From Tubulanus polymorphus (lineage: Eukaryota > Animalia > Nemertea): 64,000 nucleotides of DNA. The notes below the pieces were generated by a model. It made no database searches. It was not told the origin of the DNA and saw nothing but the letters and a program-made list of their open reading frames with translations. Shown here piece after piece: positions 53,301 through 64,000 of the stretch (its first letter is position 1; each line of letters starts with the position of its first letter). Position numbers and translations under genes: made by a program. Where the stretch lies: positions 7,466,850-7,530,849 of the forward strand of contig NC_134029.1 in NCBI RefSeq assembly GCF_964204645.1, in the 5' to 3' direction.

Positions 53301-56300
53301 TCTATACTTCTTACTGAAAGGGACCGGTTCGCGTTAAAACTTCAAGCATTATCGCGGGCGATTTTTAGAATAATATAGCAGACGACCCTGAGACAAAAGA
53401 AAAACCCCTATAATGCGTAGTTGTCTGGATAGCTTGCTGCAAAATTAGCCGTTACCTCATAACAGATACAGAAGGATACTACCGCGTTATAATTGAAGTT
53501 ATAAATGAAGAATGATAAAATGCAATCGCCTTACAAGTTGGACCTTGAAACGGTATGTACTGTCATAACGACATGGTTGGTAGTAGTTATCGATAAGTAA
53601 AAAGTCAATTACAAAAATGCGTCTTGCTTTGCGAGACAAATCTGTGCGTAAAAACATTCGATTGTGCAAACACAACGTAATCGATCGTCTTATTTTGCTG
53701 GTTTTTATATGATAGAAATACAATGAATTAAGCCGATTAGATTCGTGGAAATAAAGTACTCACTTCCGGTCCAGTTCCCATCGCCATAATCGGTATTCTG
53801 CCGAGATCTCGGCGTATAGAGAAAAGGATGATAGATCTTTTTATTTCTCATCAAATATGAAGGAAATATATGATTGACATGCGGAAATGTCATGACTAAA
53901 TCAAACAACGGAAAAGATCTCAGATTAAAAAAAAGACCACGATAGCTAACGGATTGGCTTCGTTTCAAAAACATGTTGATCAGTGTATTATTTTCTCAAA
54001 TACTAGAGCCTCAAATATTCTATAAACTCAGATGTAATGGTTCTAGTTGTTTACTAGCGAATTCAAGTTTACGTTTATATAGGACATAACAGTCAACTTT
54101 CAACCGGGCAGATTGGCTCGGCATATCGTGGATATCGAAAAACACCCGCAATGTGAACTATATTCCATATTAGCTGTTGTAATAAGATTTGAAATTCTGC
54201 ATAAACGTACAGACTATACGGTTGGATAAAGACTAGATTGGTAACGGGAACTTTTCATTTCCGTAATTCCGCCTGCACGTCGCATAAAGCATCAACTGAA
54301 AAGAGGCGCCATTTTCGTATGGTTCATGAACCACGCAATATTTATACAATCAAAAGTAATAAAATTGCGAACGCGTTTATCGAATTGATTTAATTAATAC
54401 TTTCCCACGAGAAATGTTCTTAAAAGGCAGAGAGAACTTCTTTGGTCGAGTTGAAACAGAACCAATCATAAACTTTCGGCAAATGTTGACCGTTATATGA
54501 ATTTATCTTTGACTGAAAGTTTGCAAAGGCTAAGTGTAGGCTGTATATTTATCGGTCGTAAATTGGCACTAATTAGGAACTTTCCTTTTGTGTGCTATAC
54601 TAATACAGACGAGTTATTACATTAGTATAAAAGGTAGTTGTCCATGTTGGGACATCAGAAATATATACGGCAGCACACTGTAAAAATTCTATTTCTATTT
54701 CTATACGTAACCCCGCTATAGTGTTACTTCGTCGTGAGATTTTTAGCAGACGTTATTTTACGGTTCTGGAAACGTTCCAGCGGTGTATTATAAACGTGTA
54801 AACTCGTTCTAGAAAATAAAAGGAACCCACAGGGTGCAAATAAACTGATATTTAATAAAACAAAATTGTTCGGATTGCATCGAATTACATATGTAAGCCT
54901 ACAACCCTTCGATCATCAACGAAACATGTATTTCTTATTCTTCCTTTCACAAAATAATTTTCTAAATTATGTAGGCTTCCAGAAAGGAATGACAATTTCT
55001 ATGATCTCCATTTTTTCTAGAATGCTCCTCCAGTTGGCTTTATGGACAGTGGACCTAAAACTGCCACCGGATATGGTAAGTAGTTCAGAACGGCAGTACT
55101 ATGTTAAGCTTTAAATGCCTTTCTCGCGTTTAAAGTAATAAATCAATAAAACTCCACAAAACAATCATTCTAATTGAGGGATAATTCACATTTGAGAGAA
55201 TGAAGTGTATTTTTCTGAGTTTTCTAAGAGAATACTTTCATAAGCGTATTTCAAATTCTGGAAGAAAAATATGTCTTTCGGCAAAAGCGCATCGTCCACA
55301 TTCGCCATCTCTTGATCGCTTTGATCACTAAAACAACGAAGAAAATACGGCTTCGAAGATGAGATCCCGTGCCCAGAATTGATTAACCTTTCGGCAGAGT
55401 TTGCGTGTCCTTTATAGAATATGATCGCCTCGCCCTTCGCGAGGTACATTGTCAACTCATAAAGACTCACGCTGGAAACTGTCTGAGCGCTGTTGCTAGG
55501 TAACAGGAACAGCCGGATCTCAGCAGTTCAACTCAGCAAATGCGAATATTCTCGCATAAATTTAGCTAAATCGATCATCATCAGCATTCTCTAAACAACT
55601 AGACATCGGTCGTGAAAATGGCGGCGTTCTGTATGTCGTAATGCTAGGTAAGTGATCTACGCTATTCATTTCGAATATATCGTTCTTCGTTCACAGATAT
55701 GGAGCAAGAATACGATTATATCATGCAAAAGGCCATGAATTCTTATCTAACGCATCGTCGGAGTGAAGAGAACACGGCGGCCGAGGAGGAACCGGCTGCA
55801 GAAAAACCACCTCCACCGTCGCGGCCTTACAGTAGTCTGTCGTCTGTATCTTCGCTTTACACGCATAAACTGCCGAACAGGTCGGCGGTCACACCCAGAC
55901 TCAGGTCGGCACGATCAGCTCGTGCGGTACGGCCGACTCGTACGATGTCCGTTCCATCGACTATATCGCTCGATTTGGAAAAATTGAACCCCCTAAAAGT
56001 GGATAACGCTCGCATAAATGCGCTCAGGTAGGTTTTTGTAACATAACGAAATATCGGAAATCCGGATATATTTATACTTGCTGTCAGGGTTGGAAATGCT
56101 CGGTCTGGTCGGTGTAACAATATAATTTTCCAAAAAGATACTTGGATTCAAAATGTATTAATCTATACAGTTATTAGGTACTACGTTCAACGTTTATGAT
56201 GCACGATAGAATATAGAGTGAATGATTTAATTCCCGTGGCGGTGAAAATGCATTGATGCGACTTTACAGTCGAGTGAAGTTTAACATCATCAATCGACTG

Positions 56301-59233
56301 GTGTTCAGGAACTCATTAATCGATTTGTTGTTAGGAGTATCGTGAGATTGTGACTGGAACTGCAGCATCAGTTTCAGCGGCTCCTGATTCATCGCCGAAG
56401 AACTGAATCGACGACGGTGTGACATATACTCGTCGCAGACGAACGTTCTCGAAAATGATATACGATTTCAAATTCTCATCCCAGTTCTGATGATTTATTC
56501 CGTCATTTACCAAGATTCCGTAATATTATCTGGAACGGTGATGTATTCTGTACTCACTTAATGTCTGAATACCAGTCGTTGTTACGGGTTCGCGGAAACA
56601 ACGGCTAGAATAGTGTTCACAGGGATCAGTTCAAGAAACGCAGTCCCAATACTTTTTTTTAGATTGACCGATATAAAATAAACCCGGTTTTATCTTACGT
56701 CCATATCGCTAAAGCTGGTCGCAGGTATAAACCTAGATGGGGCAAACGAAAATGATTGATGATCATAAAAACAATCATTTTCAATATAGATGACCCGCAT
56801 CTTATAACTCAGGGACCAGTTTTAAAGAGTGGAATTACCTTTAGGCCGAGGGCTAACTCAATTGAAAATGAGTTGAGTTAGCCCTCGGGTTATAGGTAAT
56901 ACCAGTCTATAAAACCGGGCCCAGAAAATGATATTCATCTTATCGAAATTTTACACAAAGTTTAATTACAGAAATCCTAGAGACTGTTCCACGTTGTAAC
57001 ATCTCAAAAGTATGTATTAAGCTAATCGAAGTATTTAGGATGGGAGACCTAGCCGAGATTTTTGAAATTCCAGTGAAACAGGTTGCGGTATTATATACTC
57101 CTCTCGTATATTAGCTGAAGGAGAAGGAGGTTTTGCTATTAGCTGTCGATGTTTTCTCGTTTGGCAGTTTAACGTCATCCATCAGTGCCTGAACTCAGTG
57201 TTATATCTCCGCGCCGGCGAACAACAGACAGTATCCCTTTTCCCGTTCTGATAACAAGAAAAAAACGATTTGATTCTTCTGATGCTGTATCGAGTGATAT
57301 TGCTGTCGCGGTAAATAAGGTTAGGAGGAATCCGCGACGCACGGGGTTGTAGGAATTTTTGAGGATCGTCGTTAAGGAGGAAATAATTACTATCGAAAAT
57401 ACATAAAGAGGATTTTGTTACTATTGATATGAAAGCACGCAAAAAAGATTTTACTCTTCAAAACCAAACATTTTTAACAGAATGAATACAGCACAGGATT
57501 CAGTACAAAAAGCTAAATTGGTTCAATCAATCAAATAAAAAAGTCATTTATAGAGCACCATATTGCATTTGGTTTCAATGTCCAGAGGTGCAGGTGGACT
57601 CTTTTGATTAGAAAGGTCATTAAGTATTTCCTGAAAGTTGGAACGTCCGGTGCAGCTCTCATGTTAGAAGGTAATGAATTCCACAGACGAGGTGCTAAAA
57701 TGGTAAATGCCCGTCCTTCAAAAGCTTTCAGTCTGTATTTCCTTTGGGTGTGAAGGGCCTGGTGACTTGGTAGTTTCTATATATTCTTACTGGAGGTGAA
57801 AAAAGCTTGAGCCCGGTTATATAGACTGGTATTACCTTTAACCTGGGGGCTAACTTAACTCATTTTCAATTGAGTTTGCCCTCGGGTTAAAGGTAATATC
57901 AGTCTATAAAACTGGCCCTAGGATTTTAGAAATAGAAGAAAATGTTGAACCTAATGAACTGTCTGCGTCATTTCATTCAGATATTATTTTGTTCAAGTAA
58001 ATTCCAACTGCTGGGAAATAATAAACAAGCCAAAAATGTAGTCAAGTTGCGTAATGTGAATGTAATGTATTTTGTATGAGCGTCGTAAATCATGATATTG
58101 GAATGTAGTTTAAAACGTGACTTGACTTGGATTGATCGACAGGACTTTATTGCGGCTTCCGTTCTGAATTATTTATAAGTGCCTAGTTCATTGAATGCTA
58201 TATTATAGGTGCTGAATGGGCTGTGTGTAGTGGAATGAGACGATTTATAGCAATATCATCAATATTTTCTAATTCAGAAAAAATGGATTTGCCATGTAAA
58301 CCCACTCACTATAGAGATTGGGGGAAAACTATATACGCTAGGGGAAAACTACCCAATAAAGATTATTCTTACCCGAAAACTTGTATAGTTTTATGCTTTA
58401 AGGCTGTTGAGTGCGCCAGCGAAAGGGGAAAATAACAGGGGCGGTTCTAGAAAATTTTGAAGGCCGATGTGCAAAAGAAAGAAAAATACATTTAAGTAGC
58501 CATCTCAAATGCCAGTGGCGGGGTCCCATCCTCCGTGTTAAGATATTCTTGAAGAAATATATCCTTGAAGATGGGAATCCCGAGAGAATGAGCGTCAAAT
58601 TTCCTGGTTTAAACTAGTTCTGTCCTGACGAAAAGGGCAACCTCAATGGGAAGGCAGGAGTCCGGACACCGGACAGCATCCCGTAAATCCCCCCAAAAAT
58701 AGCGTTCATATCTTATCTTCACGCTTAGGGCGATGTCAAAGAAGAACCGTTGACAAATATAATACATGTATTAGTCAGTTAGTTCGGTTGTTTTGAAGAT
58801 GGTGCGATATGGAGGATTTCTCGAGGGATGTACGGATTTGAAAATCTAATTTCTGAAAAAAATATTTTTTTTCCATTTCAGACCGAAAAAACGCCCATTA
58901 ACAGCGCATTACATCCATTACCCGATAACTGGTAAAATGAGCAAATTCCCGACGGTGAAGTCTTACAGTGAGCACACGACACCGACTAAAATGAGCAAAG
59001 ACGGCAAACAGTACCACTACGAGGGAGGTCTATTCAAACCGCACGGCAAAGCGAAACGAGACTTTATCATCAACCCGGAATGGGTGTCCGAAAACCTTAC
59101 CATCGAAAAACTGAAAATCAACGAAAGAACGCGGAATTACCCGATCATAGACATGCGATACGCGACGTATCCGATCAGACGATGCCGCAGCGCCCCTCCG
59201 CCTAGGCATCGTAATCCGATCACGTGGGAATGA
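50321..59233 (+). CDS. Uncharacterised RPx[ST]-rich protein C, ~278 aa, C-terminal FIINPEWVSE motif; several alternative first exons
   Basis: Exons 50321-50419, 55021-55075, 55697-56027, 58882-59233 are phase-consistent. Alternative phase-0 first exons at 51053-51091 and 52167-52253. Contains KQYHYEGGLFKPHGKAKRDFIINPEWVSENLTI and ends RRCRSAPPPRHRNPITWE. Confidence 0.8.
52575..52700. mobile_element. Degenerate palindromic Penelope-type remnant with split hammerhead halves
   Basis: Inverted arms TATGCGTATGTACGAA / TTTGTACATACGTATA, an internal AACGTTTCGA (GAAACGUU on -), CCTGACGATGAT on +, and an end TAGTGGGTTTT like that of the 1828-2017 element. Confidence 0.55.
55492..55504. promoter_or_regulatory. 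RFX X-box, candidate internal promoter of gene C
   Basis: GTTGCTAGGTAAC, about 200 bp upstream of the in-frame ATG at 55699. A donor AG|GTAAGT at ~55648 suggests a short non-coding first exon. Confidence 0.65.
56813..56921. mobile_element. Palindromic MITE with CAG TSD (copies at ~57809-57918 and 60509-60610; fragment at 5378-5410)
   Basis: GG.CC.GTTTT.TAGACTGGTATTA(C/T)CTTTAA ... TTAAAG(G/A)TAATACCAGTCTATAAAAC.GGCC consensus shared by the copies. Confidence 0.85.
57520..57745 (-). mobile_element. L2 LINE 3' fragment
   Basis: Translates KYRLKAFEGRAFTILAPRLWNSLPSNMRAAPDVPTFRKYLMTFLI, with a (TGAT)n-like tail. Confidence 0.8.
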
Positions 59234-60243
59234 CAACGCGCGTCCGTCGTCCCACCAAAAAGTATAGATTTGAAATAAATCTGTGGTGCTGTGCTCTATG
59301 CCCCCTATGGTGATTTATGGCGTATGATGAATGACTACCATCTTACCAATCTCTAAAGATCTCCTTTTTGTGTTCACGCTTATCGTTATTATTCCTCCAT
59401 GAATAATGATGTTATGTACATGTATTTTCAATATATCATACGGCTTGAAGAATCGGTGATGGCTATATGTTCTAGAATACCTCGCTGGTGAACAGAATCG
59501 GCGACGCGATGCCATATCGCAAATTCAAAAATGGAAAATATTCCGCAAAAATAAACTGTGGCTCTTGCCGACTGAGTTCTCAGTGGTACATTGGAGTTCA
59601 GACTTTAAATGATTTTCACTGTTATCGCTATGGATTTATTTGCAGCTTCTCACGAAAGTTTAGCCTATACGTATTTTTGCTGGGGCCGTCGATGCATACA
59701 TAGAGCTGATACTCGAATACTGCTTTTAAAATTTACTGATTTTTTAACGAAACACTGGACGGAATCTTGTCTCTCAGGATTTAACAATGGTTATACGGAG
59801 AAAACGTGTTGTGATGCAATTATCAATGTGTATATAAAAATATCATATGATATAATTATAAATATATGTATGTGTGCTATAGCTTTGGAGATCAGAGGAC
59901 CGAAACACCAGCTGTAGATTGTAGTACATCGGAATCATTAGTAGATTTCTCGAGAGAGTTATGTTTGGCTATTGATGAATGAAAAGTTCGCTAAGTTTGA
60001 ATGTGAACTAACGCTATGAAAAGATAAAATGAAATTCCAATTCGACGCTAAAAGAATATCTAGGAAATGGAAAGTTGAAATGTTTGAATGATATATGAAA
60101 GCTGCGGAAATGTTGCGGCGGGGGACACCTATCACACAGACCACTTCGGGACGACGAACATTATATATTATATATTATGAATAAATTCATTCGAACTCGA
60201 TATTGATAAAGTATCGTTCTAAATCATGGGAGGCTGAAATTAT

Positions 60244-60491
60244 AGCCGCGACCACACGAGCGCTTTTGGCCCGGCCAAAAAACGTCGTACCAGGCCCGAG
60301 CCAAATTTAAGCACGGGTCAAATTATTCCGGTTCCGGAAGTGACTCACTTCGCTATGTTTAAGTATTGTTTAATATCGAGTGAGTGGTTTACGTGTGAAT
60401 GCGCGCTCTAATTAGGCAAGGGCTTAATTTGACTCGGGTCTGATCCGCGCCAATTTGGCTCGGGCCAAATCGTCTCCGTGTGATCGCGGCT
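60244..60491. mobile_element. PIF/Harbinger-like MITE
   Basis: TIRs AGCCGCGACCACACG / CGTGTGATCGCGGCT, with internal inverted GGCCCGAGCCAAATT / AATTTGGCTCGGGCC. Confidence 0.75.
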
Positions 60492-61449
60492 GACATTTCT
60501 AGTCTCTAGGCCCGGTTTTATAAACTAGTGTTAATTTCTACCCGTTTTAATTCACTTTCAATTGCGTTAACCCCCGGGTTAAAGATAATACCAGTCTATA
60601 AACCAGGCCCGGGTAATATAATCTAAAATGTGCGCTTATTGTCTTCCTGGGTCGTCGACGCTGCAAGTACTGTCTACGAAAAAGGCGTGACGTGATGAGA
60701 AAATAGTGTCGGCGATAGCCCTGCAGTTTGGCTTAATTCATTTATATCTATATGCGCAATTCAAATGTACATTCTATCTTGGCACTGTTCCGAGTTTTGT
60801 TCAGGATGAAGATGTTGAACTTATGGAAGGGTTGGTTCGCGCCAGGTTCCCGCCATTATTCGCGCACAAAATATTATAGCAGAACCTACCTTTTTGGTAA
60901 CGTTGTGTTAAATAAAGCATAGGTTCGGATTTTATAGCATGCATAGCCTTTTGTCGTGTATCACAAAAATAGTAATTCGTTGATTGTCTACCTGGGACCA
61001 CACCTCTGAGCAAAACTCCGAAAAACAGCTAGGAGTCTAGTTTTTTATACAATGGAAAATATAGAGGGACTGCATTTTATATCGTGGTGGAATTATTGGT
61101 GTATTTACCCGATAATACGTATGCACGATGGTTTCCATCCAATAATACGGCGGAGAAAAATATCAATTAAAGAATCCTTTATATTATATTTAGGAACGAT
61201 GTAAATGATTTGCTCAAGTAGAGACGGGTTTCCATGCAAATTACGCCGTAAATATAGTCGCCAGTACGATGCCTAGTGTAGCAGATGAGAGAGAGAGGGG
61301 GGGAGATCTCTACGGTCATTCAAGGCTGGGTGGAAAAGAATGGAATTCGTGTTTGATCCTCAACCATGGTTTTTTAGCACCATCAGGTTGTATAATCGCG
61401 CTTTGCGGATGTTATTCCTCTCACCCGGTCTGGTGTGGCAGGGCTTCGT

Positions 61450-61660
61450 GCCGTGGCCGAATCTAGCGATGCCATCTGGTTCGAATCCCTACCGAGGGAG
61501 GATGCGTTTGGGTGTACGGTCGCCTTTATAACCCATTCGTAATCCCCATACTGTGTGTTATATTGTTAAGACTCTAGGCTCATTGTATAGAATCGCCCAA
61601 AAACGTATAATCATTTTGACAAAAACGGTGTTAATTTCAATTATGTTGTTTATTCATGTA
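61450..61660 (+). mobile_element. Possible tRNA-derived SINE
   Basis: A-box-like TGGCCGAA and B-box GGTTCGAATCC, then a body and AT-rich tail; no cloverleaf. Confidence 0.35.
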
Positions 61661-61804
61661 TACAGAGATGAGTTAATTTACAGTGGCCAGTAATGTTGCT
61701 CAAAAGTTGGTTAAAGATAACCAACCGGCCGATAAAAACCATACCGGTAGTTACAATGAACTTTTAATTGTCACTATGTCAAATATCCACTGGTTAACTC
61801 TAAC

Positions 61805-61843
61805 CATGGACGTATAAACTAGATACTAGTTTGTATGTCCATG
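61805..61843. mobile_element. 39-bp palindromic mini-insertion with 7-bp TSD nested in a MITE
   Basis: CTCTAAC|CATGGACGTATAAACTAG-ATA-CTAGTTTGTATGTCCATG|CTCTAAC. The sister MITE at 21486 has a single CTCTAAC at this position. Confidence 0.85.
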
Positions 61844-62768
61844 CTCTAACCAACTTTTGAGCAACTGGCCCCAAGAGGCTTAGATATATATGCGTAGATT
61901 GAAATAAAAATAACAATTTTACATAAATACAATGCAGATATTTTGTAACATCTTATTCATAAATAGAAAGGTGCGATCGAAACACACAAATAGATTAATT
62001 TAGTCTTCCATACCAGATATTCGGACTAAATTTTCTATTACAAAATGTAGGATATACTAGATATTTAATCGTTATGTTCGGTAATATTGTGTCTGTGTAT
62101 ATGTGAATGTTTCAATGTTTAATTTTTTGCTTGTCAATAAAAACCAAAAAAACGATGATTCAAACTAGATATCTTTCTTAGTTGTATCACAACCCTATCT
62201 ATTCTCACTCGAGCCTCTTTTCCTAATCTCGAGAGATGGAAAACTAATTCTTCAAAAAATATGTTTCTTCAAACAGGAAATAATAATGACTAGAACTGAA
62301 TTGTCTCTCAAAATATGATGACATGGACTCCATCCTGATCCGACAGCGTGTACCCGCCCATCAAACTAAGGCGTAGATCCAGTGGGTCTTATGGGTCTCC
62401 TGGAAGACCCTCAAAATTTCGAATATATGCCCTCAAAAAGTCTGAGTAGAAACTATATCAGATACAAATGTCGTTTGCATAAAAAATTAATCTAACTTGT
62501 GTGAGACTGTGAAAAGCCAAAATAACAGTTTAGTTGCTGATGCCTGTCCCATTGCCACTTCAGTAATTCAAATTATTAAGACCAATTTGCAATGCTAGTG
62601 AAAAGAAACCATATTGAAATGAATACCGTGAAATCTTCCCCATAGTTCATGTAATTCTTTTCTATTCACCAGGAACCTGTGACGAAACGTAAAGTTCAAG
62701 TATTTCCTAAGCACACCTATTTTGCAGCCATAGTCCAATGAGTATACGACTGAGTCCAAAACGTAAGG

Positions 62769-63941
62769 TTATCCAGTGAGGTATTTTTTTCCTATCGTTT
62801 GAGCTTTCTTTTCGAATGCTGCTGAATGAACCGGAGTGTTTATCTCATAGAACGGATTCATAGTCAACTGAAAAATAAAAGCGGTTAAGAAAATCATCAT
62901 AACTCAACTTCATTGTATGACTGAACTGGTAAAAATGGCTATGTATCCATGCTATCAACAAGAAACGTGTCTTATGAATATAAATTCCCATGTAAAATGA
63001 TCTAGGCCTACATGTACAGTAATCTTGGACGAACTGGGATTAGTCCAGCAAAATTGGTCCGAGGTAAGGGAAGTCCGAGTTATAGTTAGGGAGCCAGTTC
63101 CACAGTTGTGAGTTAGAGTTAACTCTGAGAGTCAAAGTTAGTTCATCGTCAATGAGTTAAATCTTAATTCGGAACTGTGGAACTGGACCAGGAAAGATAA
63201 ATCAGGAAATCACAAAAACGATTTTGTTTAGTCGAAAGTTGTAGTTGGGCATGTCCGAGTTAGGTGAGGTTTACTGTAGTAGGGCTTTTGACTAAGGCTT
63301 ACAAAATACCTCTACTGGTAACAAATCCTTAAAAGTCTGTTCCAACAATTAGTCAATTTCACTTACTTTTATATAAGATTCATACATTTCCGCGAAGAAA
63401 TTCTTGATTCCGTCCTCATTTTTCACGTCATGCAACATCATAAACCTCATACGTGGATTGAAGTTAAGAAAAAAAGAAATCGATGCCACAAAATTGATAT
63501 GCCAAATATATCTAGGCAAATCAAGTAAAAGCCAGTCTATAAATCCAACTCTGGATCTGCTCCAGCAATCGTGATATTTGATCGATTTCTAAAAGGATAT
63601 GTCCAGCAGTAACAAACGAGGAGACAAACCATTCGTTGAATTTATCTACAATTTTCAGGTACATATTACTTGTGGTCCACATCATTTCATCAACAAGATC
63701 CAATGCTGCGTGCGCTATGAACTGATTCAAATGTCTATGGTCATCTTTCTATAAAATAAAAAAATTACAATCATTCAACAAAATAAATCGTTGGCCTGTC
63801 GAGGAGAATTTTTCCGTAATTTAGGGCCTATGTCAGTTTGCATACCTTAGGATCGCTAGTACGGTTAGCTGGTGCGTATTCCATTTCAAACACTGGGTTG
63901 TCATAGTGACCAACAATCACAAAATAATACGTGCCCGACAT
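62769..63941 (-). CDS. TRAPPC2: Trafficking protein particle complex subunit 2 (sedlin), 4 coding exons, 142 aa
   Basis: Exons 63941-63846, 63748-63601, 63452-63367, 62867-62769. Protein [21 protein letters not shown]...[20 protein letters not shown]...[30 protein letters not shown]...MNPFYE. Confidence 0.97.
63017..63276. mobile_element. Tc1/pogo-like MITE with a nested MITE (63090-63188)
   Basis: TA|CAGTAA ... TTACTG|TA with GTCCGAGTTA repeats, interrupted by a copy of the 34876 family. Confidence 0.65.
63453..63600 (-). other. U12-type AT-AC intron in TRAPPC2
   Basis: Donor ATATCCTTTT, branch point TTCTTAAC and acceptor AC. Removing it restores the frame (G-R-M). Confidence 0.95.
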
Positions 63942-64000
63942 TGTGGATGGAATAATGATGATAGCAACCCAGTCACACACAACAGCCAAGTAAGACGGCA

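Noticed and set aside
63942-64000. Possible head-to-head partner of TRAPPC2 (OFD1 in vertebrates), with a TAGCAAC half-site
   Set aside because: The window ends here, so there is no sequence to test it.

Overview
AT-rich, intron-containing animal DNA. The repeat landscape (Helentron/HINE, L2 LINE, MITEs, Penelope-type hammerhead) suggests a lophotrochozoan-like invertebrate; this is inference. I assembled eight spliced genes by hand from splice sites and reading phase: NR2E3/PNR (-, 6349-10683), a secreted PAN-EGF-fibrinogen-domain protein (+, 20167-25930), TEPSIN (-, 26686-31710) head-to-head with ALG5 (+, 31958-37157), three adjacent uncharacterised low-complexity genes (-39628-43451, -45118-47656, +50321-59233), and TRAPPC2 (-, 62769-63941) with an AT-AC U12 intron. 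Most interesting: (1) the three-gene cluster, whose members are rich in R-P-x-S/T motifs, have RFX X-box-like sites near their starts (only a half-site for B), and in two cases share a C-terminal motif (F-x-I-[HN]-P-[DE]-W-V-S-E), making it a candidate ciliary/sperm protein family that I do not recognise; (2) an inverted, indel-free 106-nt copy of NR2E3 exon 6 downstream of the gene; (3) an intact-looking minimal hammerhead ribozyme inside a 190-bp insertion with a 12-bp TSD. No rRNA, genuine tRNA or CRISPR array was seen. All gene models are manual and lack transcript support.
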